This document shows positions 1-10,740 of a DNA stretch of 64,000 nt, piece by piece (the stretch's first letter is position 1; every line of letters begins with the position of its first letter). The stretch is from Octopus sinensis (lineage: Eukaryota), in assembly GCF_006345805.1 (NCBI RefSeq), contig NC_043001.1, positions 53,630,001-53,694,000 on the forward strand. The letters are read 5' to 3'. The position numbers were made by a program, and so were the translations under genes. The notes under the pieces are model-generated. The model was not told the DNA's origin and did not search any database. It was given only the letters and a program-made list of their open reading frames with translations.

Positions 1-520
1 AGGGGAAGTGTATTGGGGGTCTATTTCTGACTGTGTTGTTGGTGTTGGTGCTGGTTGGTGACAGTTGGGGTGTGGTGTATGGGTTTTTGGAGGTGAGGTA
101 TAGGTCTTTTTTGTTTCCTCTTCCTCCTTTGAAGTTGTTTTTGTTGGTGGTGATGATGGTGTTGCTTCTGTTCTTGGTGACGCTGGTGGTGGTGTTGTTT
201 GGTTGGGCTGACTTGTTGGTTGGTGATCTTTCATTTGTTCATATAGATTTTTGATTAGTTGTGCTTATGGTGGTGTGGGTAGTAGTGCTGGTTTTTTGTA
301 TGGTTTTTGGTTTTCTTATGGTTGTTGTTGTTTTTTATGGTCTTGATGTAGTTGTTGCTGTTGTTGTTTCTGTGCTAGTGGGCGCTTTCTGCCTTAGACG
401 GCCACATGTAAACTCGAACCATTCCTCGATTGAATTCTATGTGGAATTTTCTCCTGTATCATTGGATTTATCTGAGCGAGGATGTGGATTTCTTGGCTGA
501 TCCAGTAGTGATGGTCTACG
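1..520 (-). other. G/T-rich low-complexity segment, possibly a decayed retroelement remnant
   Basis: Strong strand skew (A/C-rich on minus), texture like Penelope-like remnants elsewhere in the window; no diagnostic motif found. Confidence 0.25.
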
Positions 521-522
521 AT

Positions 523-538
523 ACCGATAGATAGATAT

Positions 539-581
<43 letters not shown>

Positions 582-606
582 TAGAGACAGACAGACATAT
601 AGATAT

Positions 607-705
<99 letters not shown>

Positions 706-718
706 TGTAGATAGATAT
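523..718. repeat. (GATA)n/(GACA)n compound microsatellite
   Basis: Direct reading of tandem tetranucleotide units. Confidence 0.97.
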
Positions 719-949
719 ATTCTGTATAAAGTAAAATAGAATATCTTTAAGTTTTCATTTATGTAATTTAAATTTAACTAATATAAACTTTGGTTAATAT
801 CCATTTATAAATATTCCAAAAGGAAAAGAAAAATTCCAAAGTAAATTACTTTAAAAACTTAAAGTGCTCAATTTGTTAGCATTTTCTGTATTGATATTTT
901 AAAATCCTTTTACACAATGTCCAAATTTTGTCTATCAGTATGAGCTATG

Positions 950-1165
950 TAGTCTTTTCTACTCTAGGCACAAGGCCAGGAAATTCTGTGGGAGGGGATC
1001 AGTCGATTAGACCTACCCAGTACGCAACTGGTATTTAATTTATCTGCTCAGATAAGATGAAACGCAAAGTCGACTCGGGGAATTTGAACTCAGAACGTAA
1101 AGACAGACGAAATAGCGCAAAGCATTTCGCCCGGCGTGCCAACGTTTCTGCCAGCTCGCCGCCTT
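950..1165 (-). mobile_element. tRNA-derived SINE, family A
   Basis: Minus strand starts ggcggcgagctggcagaaacgttggcacgccgggcgaaatg, has B-box-like gagttcaaattccc, then gtcgactttgcgtttcatc; related copies at 15120-15310 and 28370-28453. Confidence 0.8.
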
Positions 1166-2574
1166 ATATGAGCTAAGTATTTCTCCCGCTACCATGTAGT
1201 TTATGTGTGACACGGTTTTTAGTGAGAAATATACGGTTGTCTATTAATTAAAATACGAGGAAATGCAATATCTATGCTACTTGCTCCAGTGTCTTGAACA
1301 TGCACTAGAAAATAATTTTAAAAAATAATTGTAAGACATTGTTTTTAATGGATATAAACGAGGATATTTTTCTGTTATAAAGGTAATTTGATATCACACA
1401 CGTGTTCTACCTATGTGATTTTTTTTTCATATTTAAGGATGCTATTTTCCAAAATTTCTATAATTATAGAATAGATTTTCAAAATTTTTCAAAGATTTCT
1501 AATAAAATAATAAAAAAGAAGCATTTTAAAACTTATAATTAATGAACGCAATATTAATTATAACCATCGCACTGATCTTTTCTTTTGTGGGCGATGAATT
1601 AATTGGAATTATATTACCAGGGAATATATTCATCACTGATATTATTTACTCTTTGGAAAACGATTTCTATCCTTTGAACAGTTGCATATCTGTCAAATTT
1701 TTTGAAGCTGCTTTTCATGACATTATGGTTAACTTGTGGGTCAATTGCCAATTAAGCGAGTGAAACGATTTCACTGAAATATCTATGATTAGAGTGAAAC
1801 AAACTGAAATCCACTTTTGATGTTTCCTGCCCTATTATTACACAAGTGCACTTTCTTCATTTTAGTGATTTTATAAGATAGGCAATTTATTACATAAGGT
1901 ATGCAACATATTCTACATAGGTTACGGTCGCTATGGTTTGGGTGGATACTTACGCTAAAGAATTTGTATTCATGCGATTGTGAGATGTCGATAACTTATG
2001 ACATTTGAGATGTTTTATGTAGATTATATAATTAATTATATCATTGCATAAGTATTCCAAACATGAATGTAATATATTCTTCTTGTACTTGACAATTTTC
2101 ACGACGCAAAGGCTGATGAAATATTTTTTACTGCATTTTTTCATATATATTAACATTCTAACCATTCAGCACGCATGAATGTGTTTCCTTTCATTAATTT
2201 GCTTTACATTCTTTAAACAAACTCTCTCTCCCTCTCTCTGTCCCTATATTTCTTTCTCTCTTTCTCTCTTTTTCTCACTCTCTCCCTTTCACACACACGC
2301 ACACACAAACGCATCCCCCCTCGTGATACTGTGAAAGGGGAAAATGTTTCAGTGTGTTTCTGTATCTTTCTATGTCTGTGAGAGTGTGGACGTTTTCGTG
2401 TTATTTCGATGAAGGAGTATTCAATAACACTGAATAGCAGAATCGATATTCGTATTTATTAAGAGTTTATGTCTTGCAACTACAGATTTTATCAATACAT
2501 CCTTGAATTTCATCAATCGCTACAACATATGTATCGCTCCCTCCCACCTATCTCTCTCTCACTCTGTGCGTGTA

Positions 2575-2576
2575 TA

Positions 2577-2653
<77 letters not shown>

Positions 2654-2685
2654 GTGTGTGTGTGTGTGTGCATGTATAGACATAT
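2575..2685. repeat. (AT)n-(GT)n microsatellite
   Basis: Direct reading. Confidence 0.95.
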
Positions 2686-2817
2686 AGCTATACTCATGAG
2701 TCTATATATGGATGGAATGATATATGCCTGATTCTACGCATATTTGTCCGTATGCGCACGTAAGAATCTATACTTTTCATAATATAACTGTAATTTTAAC
2801 CTTTCAGCGCATGTAAT

Positions 2818-3000
2818 ATGTGTCTCTTTCTCTCTATTCATGTGTCTTGTTTTATGCAAGAAATTATCTTTAAAAATATCGTTCAACTCAGTAAAACCCC
2901 AAGAGAAAATAATCGGGAAAATGGGATTTACTTGTCTATGAAGGACTTGAGTTAATGCCAGTTAATATCAATAATGATACAAGCTATGGATTGAATTCAT
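2818..3000 (+). repeat. Source copy of a ~183 bp local inverted duplication (partner 3781-3962)
   Basis: The reverse complement of 3781-3962 matches this segment with only a few substitutions and one 1-bp indel. Confidence 0.95.
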
Positions 3001-3308
3001 GCAATATGCAAAAATAGTGCGATGCATAGGAAAGTAGAAAAAGGAATATACAATCTTGAAAATATAAAGAGGAAGGTGTGTGCAACATCTGGTGCCTGGA
3101 GGATGGTTATATGGGTAAACGTTCCACTAACTAACTGCAAATTTGGGTCATATGTCTTCTATTTTGGAGAGTTGTGATTGAGGGGCTTCTTAACAAGATT
3201 TCTGCGGAGGAACTTAGCATGTGTGTGAGTGTATATGCGTGTGTGTGCGCGCGCACGTTCGTAAATATACATATATGCATATACCACACAGCCGCGCCTG
3301 CGCTCAGG

Positions 3309-3325
3309 TATATATATATATATAT

Positions 3326-3420
<95 letters not shown>
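3309..3420. repeat. (AT)n-(GATA)n microsatellite
   Basis: Direct reading. Confidence 0.97.
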
Positions 3421-3421
3421 T

Positions 3422-3584
3422 GGGCGCAGGCGTGGTTGTGTGGTAAGAAAATTGCTTCCCAGCCAAATCTTTCATGGTTGAGTCCCACTGTGTGGCACCT
3501 TAGGCAAGTGTCTTTTAATATAACTTCGGGCCGACCAATGGTTCGCCAGTGGATTCGGTAGACGGAAACTGAAAGAAGCCCGTT
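3422..3584 (+). mobile_element. tRNA-derived CORE-like SINE, family B, 5' half
   Basis: ggcgcaggcgtggttgtgtggtaag head, gcaccttaggcaagtgtctt CORE-like motif, ends gaaagaagcccgtt before (AT)n; homologous to the minus strand of 38935-39070. Confidence 0.8.
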
Positions 3585-3677
3585 ATATATATTATTCATA
3601 TATATATACTTATTTATATATATATATATATATTCATATATATATACTTATCTTTATATATATATATATATTATATA

Positions 3678-3731
<54 letters not shown>

Positions 3732-3780
3732 ATAATATATATATATATATATATATATTCATATATATATACTCTAAAGT

Positions 3781-3962
3781 ATGTATTCAATCCATAGCTT
3801 GTATCATTATTGATATTAACTGGCATTAACTCAAGTCCTTCATAGACAGTAAATCCCATTTTCCCGATTATTTTCTCTTGGGGTTTAACTGAGTTGAACG
3901 ATATTTTTAAAGATAATTTCTTGCATAAAACAAGACACATGAATAGAGAGAAAGGGACATAT
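3781..3962 (-). repeat. Inverted copy of 2818-3000 at the 5' junction of a LINE
   Basis: Direct reverse-complement match; flanked by the 12-bp direct repeat tactctaaagta (3770-3781, 3966-3977). Confidence 0.95.
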
Positions 3963-3966
3963 ATGT

Positions 3967-6685
3967 ACTCTAAAGTACTTTGAAGAGTGCCTTAACAAAG
4001 TCAAGTCCTTCCTTCGGAAGTACCACTCCGGAAACATAATAGTGATGGGTGATTTTAACCTCCCTCATGTGAACTGGCCCACAAATACTCCGAAGTTAGG
4101 CAAGTGCTCTACATCAGATAAGGCAGCAGAACTGCTCTTTAATCTGATGGATGAGTATTTCCTGACTCAGCTAGTGCTTGAACCAACGAGACAGAATAAA
4201 ACGATCTTGGATCTGGTACTGACCAATCACTCTAGCTACGTTCACAGCATTTCAGTCGAAAAAAACTCTCCTCTCAGACCACGACATGGTACTCTGCAAT
4301 CTAATTCCCGACGTATAAAAACCAAACCAGCCAATCCCACTCTATGGCACCCATTTGACAACATAAATTTCCACAAAGCGGACTGGGGAACAATCAGAAA
4401 GGATCTGTCTTCCATCGACTGGTCTTTTACTCTCAATTCCCCTCATATTGAGACCGCGTGGCAGCACTTTGAAACCATTGTCACCGACACATGCTCTAAA
4501 CACGCTCCAAGAAATCTACTAACACAAACAGAAACCGGCTCCCTAAAAGAAAAAAACACCCATCAGGCGCATCAAAAGACTCAACAAAAAAATCACCCAA
4601 TTAAAATATTCCCACACGCAACATCCACATTCAACAACAATGAAAAGACTAGAGCTGGAAAAACTTCATCTGCAGACTAACATGAAAACCTCCATTGAAA
4701 ATCAAAGAGCTGTGGAGGAACAATGGGTAATCAAAAAACATCAACAGAACCCAAAAGTGTTCTATTCTTATGCAAATAAGCATAGAACCACTGTCTCACC
4801 TATTGGGCCATTGATTGATGAAAACGGCATTCCCCAACACGATGCTAAAGAAATGGCAGAAATACTGCAGAAACATATTGCTCTGTCTTCAGTTGTCCCA
4901 CTGATATTGACGTAAGAGAAACGAACGAAGTTGACTCCCAACACAAAATCGCAGACATAACCTTCACTGCCACCGACATCGTAGCAGCAATAAATGAGGT
5001 CAAACATTACTCCGCTGTAGGCCCTGATAGATTTCCCGCCAGTCTCCTGAAGGAATGTAGATATCAACTTGCAGTCCCTCTGACCAACCTCTGGAGAAAC
5101 TCGTTAGACGCAGGTTATATACCGAAAAAGTTTCTATCCCAGTCGGTCATCCCGGTTTTCAAACAGGGAAACAGATCCCTCGCAGTCAACTATCGCCCAA
5201 TCTCACTCACCTCCTACATCATTAAAGTGTTTGAAAGAGTGTTAAGATCAAGGATAGCTGACTTCCTGGAGACCCACAAACTCCTAAATTCAAATCAACA
5301 TGGCTTTCGCTGTGGCAGGGACTGTCTAACACAGCTCTTACATACACCACATTGAAGATGTACTCAAAGCATGGGGAACAGGTTCGAACTCTGACGTCAT
5401 ATACCTTGACTTCAGTAAAGCGTTCGACAGGGTAGACCATAACATCCTACTCTCAAAATTGGCAAATGTTGGAATCCGTGGAAAAGTTCTACACTGGATT
5501 CAGTATTTCCTAGCGAATAGAACACAACATGTTGTAGTTGATGGAGTCCACTCAAACCAGCCAAAGTCACCAGCGGTGTTCCCCAGGGAACTGTTTTGGG
5601 TCCGCTACTCTTCATAATTTATGTAAACGACCTTTCCAGTGTCGTACATCACTGCAAAGTGAAAATATTCGCTGATGACACTAAGCTCCAGCAAATCGTC
5701 AATGAAGAAGCAGACCGAACTCAACTCCAGTCTGACCTATATGCTGTGAGTCAATGGGCAGACAGAAACAAAATGCAACTGAATGAGGGAAAATTTGAGC
5801 TGATGCATTTTGGAAGAAATTCCTCACTAAAACAACCATACTCTCTTCCTTCAGGGGAACCGCTCACAGCCTCTAACAATATCAGAGACCTGGGTGTAAT
5901 TGTTGATGACGATCTCAGTTGGAGTGCACACATCAACAAGAAGGTCGATACAGCTCGTAGGATGAGTTCCTGGATCTTAAGAACTTTCCGGTCCAGAGAA
6001 CAAGGTGTCATCATACCACTTTTTTCATCCTTTGTACGGCCACACCTTGAATACTGCTGCCCACTGTGGTCTCCTCACACAAGACAAAACATCTCCAGAA
6101 TTGAGTCACCCCAGAGGGCTCTCACTAAATAAATTGAAAGCATGGCTGCTCTCGACTATTGGGATCGCCTTAAAGCCTTGAAACTTTACTCCCTCCAGCG
6201 TCGCCGTGAGCGGTACATCATTTGTACGATGTGGAAAATATACCGCCAACTTTGCCCAAACGACCTAAACATTAGCTTCAAGGTTCATCCGAGACTTGGA
6301 CCACGGGCTATACGTCCCCTGCCAAATTCAAGATCACAACATACATGTACACTGCAACATAATTTCTTTTCCTCAACAGGCCCTGCCCTATTTAACATTG
6401 TCCCGAGGGAGATCAAAGAGGAAAAGGATCCCATCAACTTCAAACAGAGTCTGGATAGATTCCTTCAAAGAATACCAGACAAGCCACCCATAATTGGATA
6501 CAACTCACCCAACAAGAACTCACTACTTGAACAAAACTGGATACAACTCACCCAACAAGAACTCACTACTTGAACAAAACTTGACTTAAACAGGATTCGA
6601 ATAATCCTATCAGGTGGTGCTATTAAGTTAGACATGGCCTGGACCAATCTCTGGTCGAAACATATCTAAGTTTTATCTAAGTTTT
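3967..6685 (+). mobile_element. 5'-truncated CR1/L2-group LINE, ORF2 (APE endonuclease C-part + RT) with several frameshifts
   Basis: VMGDFNLPHVNW and EPTRQNKTILDLVLTN (APE); VPQGTVLGPLLFIIYVNDL and FADDTKL (RT); RPHLEYCCPLWSPH; LYSLQRRRERY; 3' end in (atctaagtttt)2. Confidence 0.93.
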
Positions 6686-6696
6686 ATATATATACT

Positions 6697-6761
<65 letters not shown>

Positions 6762-6766
6762 ATATA
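6686..6766. repeat. (AT)n microsatellite at LINE 3' flank
   Basis: Direct reading. Confidence 0.95.
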
Positions 6767-6989
6767 TGATTTTCTCTACGAACGATATAAAAGTATAGAT
6801 AGATGAATTTGAGTAAGTAGGTCTTACTTATAATGGGCTAGTAAAACATATTCCATGCATTGAAATCTTTACAACAGAACGCTATGCTTTACACATTGAC
6901 ATAGATGTCGTGAATCCGAGAGCGACATCAACAAATATATACACCAAAGAAAACGACTAGATAATATCCCTCCTAAAACCTCTGTCTTT

Positions 6990-7400
6990 GTCGTCTCTGT
7001 TGTCTCACCATCCGCATCATCATCATCATCATCAACGACGGTGACGTCGACATCTTCGCCATCCTCAGTATCATCATCATCAACGACATAATGAAGATTA
7101 TAATCACGTTTCTAATCAACACCATAATCATTATCAACGTCTTGCCACCGCCATCGCATTCATCATCATTATCGTTGTCATCATCAACTTGGTCATCATC
7201 TTCATCACCAACATTTGTTTTTATTCGGACCTTTATTATCTCGATCAACAATATTAATAATATCATCTGCCCCTGACAGCATCATCGCCTTCAGAACGAT
7301 TACTTGCGTTGCAGCCACCATCGATATCAACAATAGCACGTTCATCCCCTTTATCCTCTTTAGCGCTAATCACTATCCTTATGACTATCATCTATAATTC
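6990..7400. repeat. Degenerate (ATC)n-rich low-complexity tract
   Basis: catcatcat runs with scattered substitutions. Confidence 0.75.
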
Positions 7401-8162
7401 ATGATTAAGCATTATTTCGAAAAGAACAATGCATGAAACGATATCAAGAAAATCTAATAGACAAATATACATTTATTTAATTTTTTTTTTTACCGTTCGT
7501 TATAGTAATGTTGATATTCGTCGTCGGCTCGTTTACAAACACATTTTTTAGAATCTATTTTAATTTAAGTAATGTAAAAGGTGAAATATTAGACATTTAT
7601 TTTGAGAAATAGGTCACGATTTCTCAGTTACCATTTCAAGTCAAATATTTGTGTTATTTTTTATTTATTTATTTCAGTTTCACATTTGAGTTTGAAGATT
7701 TTAATTGGAAAGTTAACAATGAAAGAAAATCAATAGAATATTTAACGAACAATTAATTAACTGAAACTTTTTATTCATTAGTAGGAAAAAATATTCTGTA
7801 TATATTCTGTATATATATTGTTCATATAATATTTTCTACGGTTATAATTATAGTAACTAAAATAATTAATTTCATTTCTCTATAATTATTCCCAATAAAG
7901 CAGTCCAATTAGTTATAGAAAATTTAAAAGTAAAAACAACACAACATTTCAAAAATTAATGCATTAAATAGTTTATTATTTAATGTTGCCTTTAAATTGT
8001 TTCACGTTCTAAAATTGCCCCGAGACATCTTTAAAGCCGCAAGGCAGTCGTTGCTAAATCTGAAAGAAAAATAAACCATATTTCAAATGCACGACAGCTA
8101 TATCTCGTGCTAACAAAATCAAAAATATTTACTTTGTAGAAATATGACTCCACCACCAATGC

Positions 8163-8248
8163 GACAACAACAACATGACACTACTACTACTACTACTACT
8201 ACTACTAGTTCATGTGCTGCTGTTGTCACTGTAGCTGTTACTGGAATG

Positions 8249-8329
<81 letters not shown>

Positions 8330-8405
8330 TAATAACAACAACAACAGCAACAACAATATAAATACACAATTATTATTGATGCTGCTGCTAATACTACTAC
8401 TATTA
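8163..8405. repeat. Compound trinucleotide microsatellite (CAA/TAC/AAT)
   Basis: Direct reading. Confidence 0.95.
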
Positions 8406-8699
8406 TACATACAGATTCAACAATAAAGGCAGAAATTTACAACAGCGATACGATGCTACCGAGACAAAAGACAAAAATAACTACGACAGCAACATAACAA
8501 CACAGGAAGCAAGAACAACCTGCCAATTGTATTCTGTGGTTGGAGAAAATATCCGAGCTAGTTAAAAAACAACAATGATAAAAACACCGTGGCTACAGAC
8601 GTAAGGATAAATAGAAACGATTTTGGCTTTCATACGCTGAACCTGTCCACTGAAGAAGATTACAAGTGAGCAATTGACTCTCTGAGAAGACATTCGGCA

Positions 8700-9830
8700 T
8701 GATAGAAAGAGTAGTTACATCTCTTTCACATCGCACCTAACCTCGCGGGGGAAGGACAGATCAGATAGCGTAATTCTGTATGCAGCTGTCTATGTGAACA
8801 GTGCAAGAAATTGGTGCCACCCCTGTTCTGCATAAGGCAGTGTAACTCCTGCGTCTGAGGGAGGCCTGCGGTAAGTTACACAGAGTGAACTTGGTGTCCC
8901 AAAGTTAAAGCTGGTATTACATGAAAATCTCAAATAAATACACCCGGCGAGGAAACCCTGTTCTCATTCTTTGCAATGATGACAATTTTAACCCAAGTAA
9001 CGGCACGAACGGGAAGATCCCTTAGATCTCCCGCGCACTGCAGGGACCCTCACAAATCAAGTGAGTGGAAGACCAGACTACACCCAATTGTCGTCCTTTT
9101 ACTGGTCAAAATATGCAATGTACTCACAAACCCAAGTGGTCTGTTGATATGTACAAAAAGGCAATTCAGTGCCATGAACAACTTTGCTAGACAAGAAGAA
9201 TGGCATATATAAATCTGCCAGAAAAAGGATCATTAGAACTTTGGAAGCAGCAGGGTATATTCCAAATCACTGAACATGGTCTCATGAATCATATTTGAAT
9301 AATTTGGAAAAGAGGTGTTTTTTTAATGAGACCAAGGTTCAGGGAAAAGCTTCTGTAGTTGTGATAACCTCGAAGAGGATAATGTAGGCGAAGCTCAGCG
9401 AATGCGTAGGCAAGATGAAGGTGTTGCAGAGGAAAGGCTGGCCAATAAATATAATGCTGAGAAGTCTGTATTACGAGAGGATATGACTGAGGAACAGAGA
9501 AACTTCATGATGGGATTCGAAGATACGAGAACAGAGAGCAAGCCGGTGAATTTGAGAACCTTCAGCCGTACCAATGTGAAACGCGAGACCCAATATAGTT
9601 GATGAGGTTATACATTCTGACAAGCGATCTAACAGAATATGGGGTCTTGATCAGATCCGCTTCAATGTAAGTAGGTGAACTGCTTGAAAAGAAAGAGAGG
9701 AAGGTAGACGGACAGAAGGGGCTATGGTGGAAGCGGAGAATTGAAGAGGATATTAAAACTTCGCGGAAAGATCTGAGACGCATAGAAGAATGGTCCAAAG
9801 GGCAATGGGAAAGTGTTAAATGTTGCCCCC
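8700..9830 (+). mobile_element. R4/Dong-like RLE non-LTR retrotransposon, decayed 5' (N-terminal) part
   Basis: Translates to SLELWKQQGIFQITEHGLMNH (~9230-9292) and LWWKRRIEEDIKTSRKDLRRIEEWSKGQW (~9722-9808), resembling R4-clade N-terminal motifs from memory; 5' boundary uncertain. Confidence 0.65.
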
Positions 9831-9832
9831 GT

Positions 9833-9967
9833 TGCCAGCGGAGAATCGGGTTCAATTCCACCCAACCTGAAGAAACATCCGGAAGCTTTAGAAATACCCA
9901 AAAATCTAAGTGTATTTCAAACATCGGCATAACTTGGAACTGCATGCATATTGCATAAAGTACTGTC
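9833..9967 (+). mobile_element. C-terminal end of an RLE-type LINE ORF
   Basis: GESGSIPPNLKKHPEALEIPKNLSVFQTSA*LGTACILHKVLS matches the terminal GALG...LGTAxILRKVL pattern. Confidence 0.7.
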
Positions 9968-10344
9968 AGCATCTCAGCTGTTCCCAGCTGAGCAGATTTG
10001 GGGGCTTGTTCTTTGTCAATTCCAATTTCTCTGACATGTTTCTTGAACTAGGTTGTTAGTGCTCCACATGCTCCTACAACCACTGGGATGGCAGACACAC
10101 TCCTTACAGTTCACATTCTTGCAATTTCGTATTTCAGTAGTGTGTACTTCTCAATCTTTTCCATTTCTTTGTCACTTATGCGTGCATCACAAGGTATTGC
10201 AATATCTATAATCTTGGTTTCCTTTTTTTCTTTTATCTACCACAATAACATCTAGTCTCCGAGCATCGATTAGGAAGTAACATTGGATTGTAAAATCCTA
10301 CAGGATCTTATATTCATTGTTCTCGGTATCCCCTCCTGGTTCTA

Positions 10345-10345
<1 letters not shown>
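9968..10345 (-). mobile_element. RLE domain fragment of an R4/Dong-like LINE
   Basis: Minus strand: KIL*DFTIQC...ARRLDVIVVDK, TKIIDIAIPCDARISDKEMEKIEKY..LKYEIARM*, PVVVGACG, LGTAEML (frameshifted PD..D/ExK-type nuclease region). Confidence 0.82.

Positions 10346-10346
<1 letters not shown>

Positions 10347-10415
<69 letters not shown>
10347..10415. repeat. (ATT)n, 3' tail/target of the adjacent minus-strand LINE
   Basis: Direct reading; abuts the 3' UTR of 10416-10740. Confidence 0.95.
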
Positions 10416-10740
10416 GAAACAAAGATCAGGCTGGTTTTATTCCTGGAAGGATGTTTGTCGGTTGCGAGTTACTACCTGTAACCTTAGGTATCCACACAAT
10501 TTTGAGGCTATCAAGTGCTTAGAACCTTGCTGTTAATGATTGCTGTCCCTAACAGGCAAAAAATGTGTAGGACCGCTACCGGGCATTCTATTTCAATCTC
10601 CTTCAAACCTTTGTATATATCTCGACTTATTGTTCCCAACACACCAATTATAGGTACATCTACTGTTCACATGCCCCAAATACTTACTATTTCAAATTTT
10701 AAGGGACTGCATTTTCTGTTTTTCTTCCTCTTTATTTACA
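10416..10740 (-). mobile_element. Short 5'-truncated R4/Dong-like LINE (C-terminus + 3' UTR) with (TAA)n on both sides
   Basis: Minus strand: SPLKFEIVSIWGM*TVDVPIIGVLGTISRDIYKGLKEIEIECPVAVLHIFCLLGTAIINSKVLST*. Confidence 0.78.

Noticed and set aside
8650-8735. Hammerhead at CTGAAGA...GAAAGAG/CTCTTTC in the R4-like 5' region
   Set aside because: The flanks that should form stem I (cctgtcca vs tcacatcg) are not complementary and no convincing stem II closes the core
9830-10345. Twin-priming inversion as the cause of the opposed LINE pieces
   Set aside because: The junction is tail-to-tail and involves different families; twin priming gives a head-to-head junction within one element
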